From the IMG/VR virus record IMGVR_UViG_3300035492_000037: a stretch of 64,000 nucleotides of DNA; one strand, given 5' to 3'. Within the stretch, counting starts at the first letter, position 1. Every line of letters starts with the position of its first letter. The notes beneath the pieces were generated by a model, which did no database searches, was not told where the DNA came from, and worked only from the letters and a program-made list of their open reading frames with translations. The position numbers and the translations under genes were made by a program. Shown here piece after piece: positions 18,569 to 26,394 of this stretch. Source of the DNA: a virus.

Positions 18569-18730
18569 CTACAGCAAAACGAAACGGCAGGATAAGCAAT
18601 TGATCTTATTGGCTTTTATTCGCCAATCAACACGATCCATCATCGGCGCGACGGAAAACCTCCTACTTACCGTGGCGCCTGCGTTTGCTGGCTTTGTGGC
18701 CTGAATTGCGGGGTTTGTCGCTTCACTCAT
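18569..18730 (-). pseudogene. dusA: Orphan 5' fragment of tRNA-dihydrouridine synthase A, running into unrelated DNA after the att core
   Basis: My translation: MSEATNPAIQATKPANAGATVSRRFSVAPMMD, then RVDWRIK… and a stop. FSVAPMMD is the DusA N-terminal motif, normally followed by WTDRHCR. Confidence 0.8.
18636..18646. other. Putative att core (junction of prophage 1 and prophage 2)
   Basis: TCCATCATCGG encodes PMMD on the minus strand, where DusA similarity stops. Confidence 0.6.
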
Positions 18731-18811
18731 TTGCTACCGTTTCCAGCCATTTTTGCTTGTTTCTGAAAGGCCGTTGCTACAATGTAGCAAGCCGTTCAAG
18801 TCATGTAGCAA
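18731..18811. repeat. TTGCTAC/GTAGCAA repeats, putative integrase arm-type sites
   Basis: TTGCTAC at 18731, palindrome TTGCTAC-AAT-GTAGCAA at 18774-18790, TGTAGCAA at 18804-18811. Confidence 0.6.
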
Positions 18812-18816
18812 AATCC

Positions 18817-19929
18817 ATGGGAACCATCACCACCCGCAAGCGCAAGGACGGGGCAACCCGGTATACCGCGCAGATCCGTATCATGCAGAAGGGCGTGACA
18901 GTCTACACCGAGAGCCAGACCTTTGACCGCAAAGCGACGGCGCAGGCGTGGATCAAGAAGCGCGAGACTGAGCTGGCCGAGCCTGGCGCGATTGCTAAAG
19001 CAAAGCGTAGCGGCGTCACGGTCAAGGAGATGATCACGCAGTATCTCGAGGAGTACGAGAAGATTCGGCCGCTGGGCAAGACCAAGCGCGCTACGCTGGC
19101 GGCTATCGGTGAGACGTGGTTGGGGCAGGTCGTAGACTCCGAACTGACAAGCCAGGTGCTCGTCGAGTATGGGAATCGACGCATGCAGGAGGATGGCGTC
19201 CAGGCGCAGACGGTCGGCAACGATCTAGCGCACCTGGGGGCCGTGCTCGCTGTAGCAAGGCCGGCATGGGGTTATGACATCGACCCGATGGCGATGCCTG
19301 ATGCCCGGCGTGTGTTGCGCAAGATGGGCGCGGTCAGCAAGAGCAAGGAGCGGGCCCGTCGCCCGACCCTAGACGAGCTGGACAAGATCCTGACCTACTT
19401 CTGCGAGATGCGCGACCGTCGCAAGCAGCAGATCGACATGGTTCGGGTCACGGCGTTTGCGCTGTTCTCGACTCGCCGACAAGAGGAAATCACGCGCATC
19501 CGCTGGGACGCCATGCGCGAGGATGAACAGTCGGTGCTAATCACTGACATGAAGAACCCCGGCCAGAAGCACGGCAACGATGTGTGGTGCCATGTGCCGG
19601 ACGAGGCATGGCGCATCCTAAAATCGATGCCCAGGGTCTCGGAGTTTGTGTTCCCGTACAACGCCCGGTCGGTGTCGGCGTCGTTCACGCGGGCCTGTCG
19701 CTTCCTGGAGATAGAAGACCTGCATTTCCACGACCTGCGGCACGATGGCGTCAGTCGTCTGTTTGAGCTTGGTTGGGATATTCCGAAAGCGGCCAGCGTG
19801 TCGGGCCACCGGGATTGGAACTCGATGCGGCGCTATACGCACCTGCGTGGGAAGGGCGATCCCTATGAAGGCTGGGCCTGGTTGGATCGGGTAATAACGG
19901 GCCCCGTGATTGGGGCCCGGCAGGATTAG
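18817..19929 (+). CDS. int: Tyrosine integrase (DusA-associated type)
   Basis: MGTITTRKRKDG start; R(RRQEEI), HDLRH, SGH…RRY catalytic motifs; divergent from the dusA fragment. Confidence 0.93.
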   Translation: MGTITTRKRKDGATRYTAQIRIMQKGVTVYTESQTFDRKATAQAWIKKRETELAEPGAIAKAKRSGVTVKEMITQYLEEYEKIRPLGKTKRATLAAIGETWLGQVVDSELTSQVLVEYGNRRMQEDGVQAQTVGNDLAHLGAVLAVARPAWGYDIDPMAMPDARRVLRKMGAVSKSKERARRPTLDELDKILTYFCEMRDRRKQQIDMVRVTAFALFSTRRQEEITRIRWDAMREDEQSVLITDMKNPGQKHGNDVWCHVPDEAWRILKSMPRVSEFVFPYNARSVSASFTRACRFLEIEDLHFHDLRHDGVSRLFELGWDIPKAASVSGHRDWNSMRRYTHLRGKGDPYEGWAWLDRVITGPVIGARQD

Positions 19930-20207
19930 GAAGCGCGGCGCAGGCCTCGCCCCATCAGCTTGTCATGTTCAGCCTTGGCGCTCCGGTGCTGGCTGTCCAA
20001 GTATGCAGCCAGGTCGCTCAGGTGTACGCCCCGGGCAGACTTCTGGCTTCGCTCCATCTGCACAAGCGGCAGGTCTATCTGGCCCGCCGCCACCTTCATC
20101 TTCATCTTCTCCGGAGTCAGGTGACTGAAATAGTCGGAGCAGACCCTCTCGAGCGGAATGATCGCCGCGCCGTTGTACTGAGCCATCAGTAGGAATGCTG
20201 TGTTCAT
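19926..20207 (-). CDS. PrtN (pyocin activator)-family HTH protein, likely excisionase/regulator
   Basis: MNTAFLLMAQY…IIPLERVCSDYF…KSARGVHLSDLAAYLD; convergent with int. Confidence 0.8.
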   Translation of the reverse strand: MNTAFLLMAQYNGAAIIPLERVCSDYFSHLTPEKMKMKVAAGQIDLPLVQMERSQKSARGVHLSDLAAYLDSQHRSAKAEHDKLMGRGLRRAS

Positions 20208-20210
20208 CCC

Positions 20211-20408
20211 TCACCCCTCCAATTCCCGGCAGCCGCAGTAACTGCAGCGCTTGCCGAGGATATTCTTCACGCATACGTTCGTGCGCTCGCCTTCTTCCTC
20301 AATCCAGACTTCCATGCGGATTCGCTGCATGTCCGATCTGGCGAGGATTTCAAACTGGCGTTTCTGCTCCTGCTCCGGCAGGCGCTTAAATGATTGCCAA
20401 AGGCTCAT
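20211..20408 (-). CDS. Hypothetical phage protein
   Basis: 65 aa with a C-terminal CSYCGC. Confidence 0.5.
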   Translation of the reverse strand: MSLWQSFKRLPEQEQKRQFEILARSDMQRIRMEVWIEEEGERTNVCVKNILGKRCSYCGCRELEG

Positions 20409-20410
20409 GC

Positions 20411-20644
20411 TCACCCCCTCACCGTTACGCCGGCTGCTTCGATGGAGCGCCGTGCTTCTGTGCGCCCAATCAGCCAATAGCCGTCTTCGTCAGTTCGATA
20501 CGCTGATGCCAGATCGATCACCAACTCCCGCCGAGACGCCAGCCACACATTCCGCATCTGGTCCTTCACGTCCTCGAACTGCTCGCGGTGAGGCTGCCTG
20601 TCCCACCACGCCTCGAACTCTGCTATCGCCTTGTCTGTGTGCAT
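20411..20644 (-). CDS. Hypothetical phage protein
   Basis: AIAEFEAWW…RNVWLASR motif common in phage early genes. Confidence 0.6.
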   Translation of the reverse strand: MHTDKAIAEFEAWWDRQPHREQFEDVKDQMRNVWLASRRELVIDLASAYRTDEDGYWLIGRTEARRSIEAAGVTVRG

Positions 20645-20653
20645 GTCTATCTC

Positions 20654-20977
20654 CTATCGACTTACCCGCACGATCGCGTCAGGGTTGGCAATGCACGCTT
20701 CCAGGTAGCGTGCCACGAACGGTACGAAGTGGACGTATCGACCCCAGCCGTTCGGCGAGTCGAACTGTTCAAAGTGGCTCGGTCGCTCGACCAGCTGGGC
20801 CAACCCAGCGCGCAGGGGCTCGATCAACTGGCTTGCCTTGGCCACGCCGATTTCATCCGGGCGCCAAAGGTGTTCGTAGATGCCGGCTTCGCCAGCCATC
20901 TTGTTGAGGTTGTGGGTGATGTTGGCGTCGTAAAGGCACTGTTCTTCGTCGTCGTAAAGCGAAACGTCTAGGCTCAT
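20654..20977 (-). CDS. Hypothetical phage protein
   Basis: MSLDVSL..ANITHNLNKMAGEAGIY…FDSPNGWG. Confidence 0.65.
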   Translation of the reverse strand: MSLDVSLYDDEEQCLYDANITHNLNKMAGEAGIYEHLWRPDEIGVAKASQLIEPLRAGLAQLVERPSHFEQFDSPNGWGRYVHFVPFVARYLEACIANPDAIVRVSR

Positions 20978-21067
20978 GGCGTGCAAATCCTCCCCGCCGA
21001 CTCTCGCCGGCAGGCTGTGTGTTTGGGTGGGGTTAGGGTGGGCGATACCTGACGCGGGGTCAGAGTG

Positions 21068-21562
21068 TCAGTCGTCCGGCCACGCCATGCAGAATGCATC
21101 GGCACATCCGCACTCTGGCGCCGCGCACTCCGGCCGATCTTTGTTGAGCAGCATGTCGTAGGCCAGTGCAGCCACGCGACCGAACTGCTCAGCGCGCATT
21201 TCCTCCTGAAACCCGTCTGGATGCGGCGTGCCGGTGACGTGCCCAATCTCATGAGCCAGCATGTGCAGAACGCGGCCTTTATCAGTATCAGGCGCTGCCC
21301 ACGCGTGAATGCAGCTACTCACCGTGTCCACAAAAGCCCAGCACCCCTGCGCGCGCATGCCTGAGATGTCACTTCCAGGCTCTAGCACCACCTCGTTGCC
21401 GTTATCGTCTAGGCCGCAGATTTCGCTATCGGCAAGAAGTTCGTCGTATGTCATGCCCTCGCCGATAGCCACCGACTCCCACATTGCACGATGCACGGCC
21501 TCCGGGCTTTCGTGCCAACAGATAGACATTTTTGGAGGGTTGGGATCAATGCTCCGTTTCAT
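21068..21562 (-). CDS. HExxH-motif protein (putative metallopeptidase)
   Basis: LAHEIGH…EE.RAE; its ATG lies in the IS target duplication. Confidence 0.6.
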   Translation of the reverse strand: MKRSIDPNPPKMSICWHESPEAVHRAMWESVAIGEGMTYDELLADSEICGLDDNGNEVVLEPGSDISGMRAQGCWAFVDTVSSCIHAWAAPDTDKGRVLHMLAHEIGHVTGTPHPDGFQEEMRAEQFGRVAALAYDMLLNKDRPECAAPECGCADAFCMAWPDD

Positions 21563-21564
21563 GG

Positions 21565-22932
21565 CTATTCGGAAAATAGTGTGGATTCGAAGAACTCATC
21601 AAGGTTGTCGTAGAACTCCTTGGCGTGTGTAATCGAGCGCTCGTTGCATTCCTTGCAGAGGCAGTGCCGGCGAGTGTCCCCCGACTCCACTGGCAGCCAG
21701 ACTGCGCGCTCATCCTCGAAGAACAGGCCGCCGCAGCTGACGCAGAACCACTCCGGCGACTGACCTGCACGAGCATTGTTGGAGAACAGCATGCGCGCTC
21801 TGATGATCTCGAACGTGTAGCCGCGCCCGTTACGGTTGATGACCTTCGTCATACCGTTCAGGGCTTCGGTGTAGCCGTTGGTGATGGGGTGATCGAAGTA
21901 GTTGACGATCTGCTGCCGCCAGTTCTTCAGGGCTGACAACAGGTCTTTGTAGTCAGCAACTACGTCACTCGCCTTCACCCGTTGAACCCATCTATCCATG
22001 GCAGGGATAGCGTCCGCCTTGGGCAGGTTGTACAGGGCATAGAAGTCTTCCTTCAGCTGGTAGGACTGGGCGACCTCGGGGTCATTGTCCAGCCACATAT
22101 CGAGGTTGAAGGACTGCTTGTCAGTGAGGTTCGCGGCGCTCTTGTTGAGCAGCACCTTGCTGCGCTTCCACTCCTTGTTGACTTTGACGCCCTGGGCTTT
22201 GCCTCGGCGAATACGGGTCTTGTCCAGCGCATAATTGGCCATCCTGACAACGTGGAACTTGTCGATCACGACCGGCACGCCTGGGGCCATCATGTTCACC
22301 ACGTTGAGGTATGGGCGCCACATATCGGTAGCCACCCCAAGCAGCGTTGAGCGGTCAGGGAAGGCTGCCAGCCAGCGCGCCAGGGTGTCCTGATCGCGGC
22401 TGGGGAGGATATCGATAGGCACGTTGCGGCCCACGTCTGTCAGGACGCAGCGCATGTCACCCGCAATCTTGGTTTCGTCGATCCCCAGCCAGTTAGGCAG
22501 GTATGGCCTGAACTGGGTGTTCATGTGCTCGACGTAATCGTTAGCGATGTTGCGAATGGTCTTCTCGTCGCAGCCGATGTGTTGCGACAGCCTGGTGAAG
22601 GTGTCCCGCATGCACTGCGTCTTGATGTACTCAACGCAGCGCTGGGTCATCCGCCTGTCAACCTCAACCCCGCCCAGTGGCTGCAAGGACGTTCCGCCGC
22701 ACTCCCGGCATTTGTACCGCTGAACCTTGGCTACCAGCTGCACATGAGCGCCCCTGATAGGGCTATCGCGATAGGTCGCTACCTTAGGGCCGTGACGGTA
22801 CAACTTGCCCACTACGCCGCACTTTGTGCAGGCCTGAAGCGGCTGGGTGTATTCAGCCTCGATGGTGTAGGTGCCGTCATCGAGGCGGGAGGTCAGGACG
22901 TTCCAATCTGGTAGGTCGAGGATATCAGTCAT
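21565..22932 (-). CDS. ISL3-family DDE transposase with an extra C-terminal Zn-finger-like tail
   Basis: CTKC…CREC Zn finger, LGIDE, VATDMWRPY, VVIDKFHVV, TNGYTEALN..K..R.GRGY. Confidence 0.92.
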   Translation of the reverse strand: MTDILDLPDWNVLTSRLDDGTYTIEAEYTQPLQACTKCGVVGKLYRHGPKVATYRDSPIRGAHVQLVAKVQRYKCRECGGTSLQPLGGVEVDRRMTQRCVEYIKTQCMRDTFTRLSQHIGCDEKTIRNIANDYVEHMNTQFRPYLPNWLGIDETKIAGDMRCVLTDVGRNVPIDILPSRDQDTLARWLAAFPDRSTLLGVATDMWRPYLNVVNMMAPGVPVVIDKFHVVRMANYALDKTRIRRGKAQGVKVNKEWKRSKVLLNKSAANLTDKQSFNLDMWLDNDPEVAQSYQLKEDFYALYNLPKADAIPAMDRWVQRVKASDVVADYKDLLSALKNWRQQIVNYFDHPITNGYTEALNGMTKVINRNGRGYTFEIIRARMLFSNNARAGQSPEWFCVSCGGLFFEDERAVWLPVESGDTRRHCLCKECNERSITHAKEFYDNLDEFFESTLFSE

Positions 22933-22935
22933 GCA

Positions 22936-23193
22936 TTACCGGGCTGGCAGGTCTGGATAGAGTGACAACGGGGCAAAGGTGTCGATGCTTCCGTCATCGA
23001 ATTGCAGAACAACCTCGTACCCAGAGTGGTGGCGAAGAGAGATTATCCCAACGCACCTGCCAGCCTGTCCACTCATTCGCCCGGTGCCGCCCACTCGCCA
23101 GCGGGCTCCATCAGTGACCGGCTCCCAGCGAATCAGCTTGGCAATGTTGATAGTTGTGACATCAAGACCTAGAGCGAGCTGAGGCGCTGTCAT
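22936..23193 (-). CDS. IS passenger gene B, unknown function
   Basis: 85 aa, inside the IRs, overlaps gene A by 4 nt, ends 3 nt before the transposase ATG. Confidence 0.6.
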   Translation of the reverse strand: MTAPQLALGLDVTTINIAKLIRWEPVTDGARWRVGGTGRMSGQAGRCVGIISLRHHSGYEVVLQFDDGSIDTFAPLSLYPDLPAR

Positions 23194-23681
23194 TTGGGAG
23201 CACTCGCGCCGAACAGGGCGGGCTTCCAGCGGTATTGGTTAGATCCACGAATGCGCCAGATGTTGTCCTCCCCGCGCTTCTTTAGCTTTCGCGCCCGACG
23301 CTTGCTGATGACTCGCTCTGGCCAATCAGTGAAACCGTAGCAGCCGCCCCCGTCGTGAAATGCGGGCCATTCCAGTTGTTCACACTCCTCCAGCGAGTGT
23401 CCTGTTTCAGGGTCGTACTGCGAGTCATCGGCATTGCCAAAGTCGGCCTCAATAGCCTCGTAGACCTCCTCCAGACGATCCATGTACACGTCATCGTCCC
23501 AATCGCTGCCGACCCGGACGATGTAGTAGTTCGGCCTAGTTGCAAGGGGGGTGTAGTAGATCAGGCGACGCCCATCACCAAAGACCGTCTCAATCAGTTT
23601 CGGGTCGCAGGTGCATGGCTGTCCCCAGAACGTGGTTTCGTATACGCCTTCGATGTGTTGGCGCAGTGTCTCATGTTTCAT
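23190..23681 (-). CDS. IS passenger gene A, acidic, unknown function
   Basis: GGAGG RBS; 163 aa inside the IRs. Confidence 0.7.
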   Translation of the reverse strand: MKHETLRQHIEGVYETTFWGQPCTCDPKLIETVFGDGRRLIYYTPLATRPNYYIVRVGSDWDDDVYMDRLEEVYEAIEADFGNADDSQYDPETGHSLEECEQLEWPAFHDGGGCYGFTDWPERVISKRRARKLKKRGEDNIWRIRGSNQYRWKPALFGASAPK

Positions 23682-23770
23682 TGTCGCCTCCTGATCCACA
23701 CGATAATCCGGATTTTGATTATACCGATGAATCAGGATTTACACACGATATTCCGAATAGCCCGTTTCAT

Positions 23771-24226
23771 TCACGCCTCCTTCGCAGCCATAGCGGGCGC
23801 TTCGCCATCAATCAGCGCATCTACCGCAGCGTTGATGTTTCCGCCGAATTCATCCAGATCGACGCGCAGCAGGTTGAGCCAGTGCATGTCATCACCCTGG
23901 AGGCTGACGTAGCGCCACCGCTCTGCATCCTCCCGCAGCCTATCCCGCTCGGCGGTCACGGCTGACAGGGCGGCGAGGTGCTGCGTGACAGTCATCAGCG
24001 CTTCGCCCTTCGCGCATGACTTCACGATTCTGACATGAGGGATATAGATGCTCGGCTGGTCGCGGCGGTAGTCGCCATCCATGTAGCCGATGATGTCCAA
24101 CCCTTCAGCCTCTGCGGGCTTGTCGAGGATGGCCTCCAGTTCTTTGAGTAGCGATGCTGCATGCGCATCCTTGGCAGCGTCGCAGCAGTTTTCCAGCAGC
24201 TCCCGATCAACCAATACCTTGCTCAC
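23771..24226 (-). CDS. Hypothetical phage protein
   Basis: VLVDRELL and RLREDAERWRY motifs of phage early genes; GTG start inferred. Confidence 0.6.
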   Translation of the reverse strand: MSKVLVDRELLENCCDAAKDAHAASLLKELEAILDKPAEAEGLDIIGYMDGDYRRDQPSIYIPHVRIVKSCAKGEALMTVTQHLAALSAVTAERDRLREDAERWRYVSLQGDDMHWLNLLRVDLDEFGGNINAAVDALIDGEAPAMAAKEA

Positions 24227-24299
24227 TTCCTTTCTCTCCTGCACCCTATGAGCGCCCTATATTTTCAGTGCCCGGCTGGACGCCTTGATTGCCGCTGGC

Positions 24300-24701
24300 T
24301 CAGCGGTGCTGATGCCCAGACTGATGATCAGGTAGCCACGGCCACGGCTCGCCGATGCGCTCGAGATACGCGCGCAGTTTCGCTGGCGTCGCGTAGCCGA
24401 TCAGCATGGCGGCACGGGTGCGAGACATCCCCTCTGCGGCCAGCCGGCGCGCTGCATCGGCAACCGACTCCCCCATCGCCTCCTGATAGCGCCTGGCGAC
24501 GCAACCGCGCCTCTGCCGCCATGGGTAGGCGATGCCGCGAGCCTGCAGGTAGCGCCGCAGCATCGCCGTCGTGCGGAACCCCAGCTCGCGCGCGATCTCG
24601 TCAGGGTGCCATTCGCTCATCCGCCGCGCTGCGTCCTGAACACGCTCTCCGGTTCGCTGGTAGTAGGCCGTGGCTACCTGGCGGGAGATGCAGGCGCTCA
24701 T
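24300..24701 (-). CDS. Hypothetical protein with two HTH-like repeats
   Basis: Y…GE.V.DAARR…IA..LG(F/Y).T…LR.YL occurs twice. Confidence 0.55.
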   Translation of the reverse strand: MSACISRQVATAYYQRTGERVQDAARRMSEWHPDEIARELGFRTTAMLRRYLQARGIAYPWRQRRGCVARRYQEAMGESVADAARRLAAEGMSRTRAAMLIGYATPAKLRAYLERIGEPWPWLPDHQSGHQHR

Positions 24702-25102
24702 TGCTCTATCTCCTTGATTGTGGCCAGCGGCAGCCCGCTCATTGCCAGCGGCTCGTCGTAGCAGACGCCCATCATCTCGGGCCATTTTCGCGGCTCGCCG
24801 GGCTGAATTACTCCAAGGTCGTGCGCGCGATCCCATGAGAGGCGATGCCGGATGACCTGGTACAGATCCCACGCAACGCCATCCTCGCGGCGCTTCGTGA
24901 CCTCCGGCATCAGTGAATTGGAAAGGCGCTGTATCTCGTGCCGCGTGGCGTGGACCTGCTCCCAGTCGCGCCGGTCGTAGAAGCCCGGCAGCCGCTCAAT
25001 GGCGTGATCGATCTGACCGATCTTGATCCGCGCCAGTAGCTCGCAGGCCTCTTGCAGCTCTGCTGCCTGGCGCTCGGTTACGGTGATGGTGTAGGTGCGC
25101 AT
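24698..25102 (-). CDS. Hypothetical phage protein
   Basis: GGAGG RBS; ATGA overlap with the next gene. Confidence 0.6.
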   Translation of the reverse strand: MRTYTITVTERQAAELQEACELLARIKIGQIDHAIERLPGFYDRRDWEQVHATRHEIQRLSNSLMPEVTKRREDGVAWDLYQVIRHRLSWDRAHDLGVIQPGEPRKWPEMMGVCYDEPLAMSGLPLATIKEIEQ

Positions 25103-25193
25103 GGCGCCTCCTTGGGGGCCTCCGGTGGGCGGCAGCGGTAGCAGTCACAGATGCCAATTCGCTGGCCAGGGGTGCGGCAGTAGGTCGGGGCGT

Positions 25194-25523
25194 TCACAAC
25201 TTCTCGCGCAGCCCCTCGTCGGTGATGATGCGGCGCACCGATCGGGAGTCGATGCCGATCCTCTCGCTGATCTGCACGCTGTTGAGCCCCTGTTTGAGAA
25301 GCGGCAGGATCGAGTCGATGTTGCGCTGCCGCTGTTCGCGGTGCTTGTCGGTGTTGCCACTCGTGCGCTTCTTCATGGCGCTGTTCTTGACGCCGCGGCG
25401 CCGGCTGGCATCCTCGGCCGCACGGTTGCCCTGGTTATTGTTCCAGGTGCGCTCAGGCATCGGGCGGTACTGGAAGCCATCTATGATTTGGATGCGCCCG
25501 CCTGCATTGAGGAACGCATGCAT
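25194..25523 (-). CDS. HTH DNA-binding phage protein
   Basis: C-terminal GLNSVQISERIGIDSRSVRRI. Confidence 0.6.
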   Translation of the reverse strand: MHAFLNAGGRIQIIDGFQYRPMPERTWNNNQGNRAAEDASRRRGVKNSAMKKRTSGNTDKHREQRQRNIDSILPLLKQGLNSVQISERIGIDSRSVRRIITDEGLREKL

Positions 25524-25583
25524 GGTTGTCTATGAGCATGGGTGTGTACCGGGGAGGAGGGCGCGCTGGGCGCCCGGGGTGGA

Positions 25584-26051
25584 TCAGGCGGCGGCGCGCT
25601 GCTTCATGGTGAAGTCGCGATGCAGTTTCGAGTGACACGAGACGCACAGCCAGACAACCGAAAGCGGTTTGTCGTAGTCGACGTGGTGTCCGTGCAGGCG
25701 CTCAGTGTTGAAGCAACCTGGCGCCATACAGCATGGTGATTTCCAGAGGCGCTTGTCCCTGACGGCGTTATCGACCGTACATGCTGCCGAGTACTTTTCT
25801 GGATTTCGCTCCACGTATGCGCGCTTTGCAGCGTTTGCGCGCTCTCGTCCGCGCTCAGTGCGCTGGTAATTTGCTCGGGCCTCAACACGGTGAGGAAGGT
25901 TTGCTCTGCGGCGCTCGTACTCGCGATACGCTTCACGGTTCCGTGCGTAATTCGCGCGCACGGCTGCCTTGCGACATTCCTTGCAGGTCTTGTCGCGGTT
26001 ATAGAAGTCAGTATCTGCTTTCTGATCGCCGCACTTAGCACAGTGCTTCAT
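25584..26051 (-). CDS. HNH-type Zn-binding endonuclease-like protein
   Basis: CAKC…CKEC; CMAPGC…HGHHVDYDKPLSVVWLCVSCHSKLH. Confidence 0.75.
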   Translation of the reverse strand: MKHCAKCGDQKADTDFYNRDKTCKECRKAAVRANYARNREAYREYERRRANLPHRVEARANYQRTERGRERANAAKRAYVERNPEKYSAACTVDNAVRDKRLWKSPCCMAPGCFNTERLHGHHVDYDKPLSVVWLCVSCHSKLHRDFTMKQRAAA

Positions 26052-26070
26052 GCGGCGCTCCTGAATGGGC

Positions 26071-26394
26071 TTATGCCCCAGCGAGGTGATGCAGGGGGAG
26101 GAAGGGAATTTCCGAGTCAAAATCATCCGGCGGCGCGGCCTGCTGACTCCGCTGCGCCTGTCGCGGCGCTTGCTGCTGCCCTTGCTGCTGCTCGTCGCGC
26201 GGCTCGAACAGGGCCAGCCACACGCCGCCATCGTCAGAGCGAGGGCAGCCGGCCGGATTGAATGAAGCGTCCAGCTTCAGTCGAAACCCTTTCGAGGTCT
26301 GGATCACCGCTCCAACATTCCGGGTGACGTACTTGGTCTGGCCGTCCTTCTCGTACTGGCCAATGGTTGCTACTACGTCGTATCGCTTACTCAT
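26071..26394 (-). CDS. Small ssDNA-binding-like protein
   Basis: Beta-rich N-terminus, Gln-rich linker, DDFDSEIPF acidic tail; next to recT/exonuclease. Confidence 0.55.
   Translation of the reverse strand: MSKRYDVVATIGQYEKDGQTKYVTRNVGAVIQTSKGFRLKLDASFNPAGCPRSDDGGVWLALFEPRDEQQQGQQQAPRQAQRSQQAAPPDDFDSEIPFLPLHHLAGA

Larger units (their letters stand above)
1..18635 (+). mobile_element. Prophage 1, late/right end (lambda-like head, long non-contractile tail, lysis genes); continues left of the window
   Basis: Contiguous head-tail-lysis gene order ending at the dusA att core. Confidence 0.9.
21563..23762 (-). mobile_element. ISL3-family insertion sequence (2200 bp) carrying two passenger genes
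   Basis: Inverted repeats GGCTATTCGGAAAATAGTGTG and GGCTATTCGGAATATCGTGTG (19/21); 8-bp direct repeat CGTTTCAT at 21555-21562 and 23763-23770. Confidence 0.9.

Noticed and set aside
18685-18816. 44-codon N-terminal extension of the integrase in the ORF track
   Set aside because: It overlaps the dusA fragment and the arm-site repeats; MGTITTRKRKDG at 18817 is the typical start
21565-22932. Idea that the transposase is a domesticated phage gene with no IS ends
   Set aside because: Inverted repeats and an exact 8-bp target duplication are present once the two passenger genes are included
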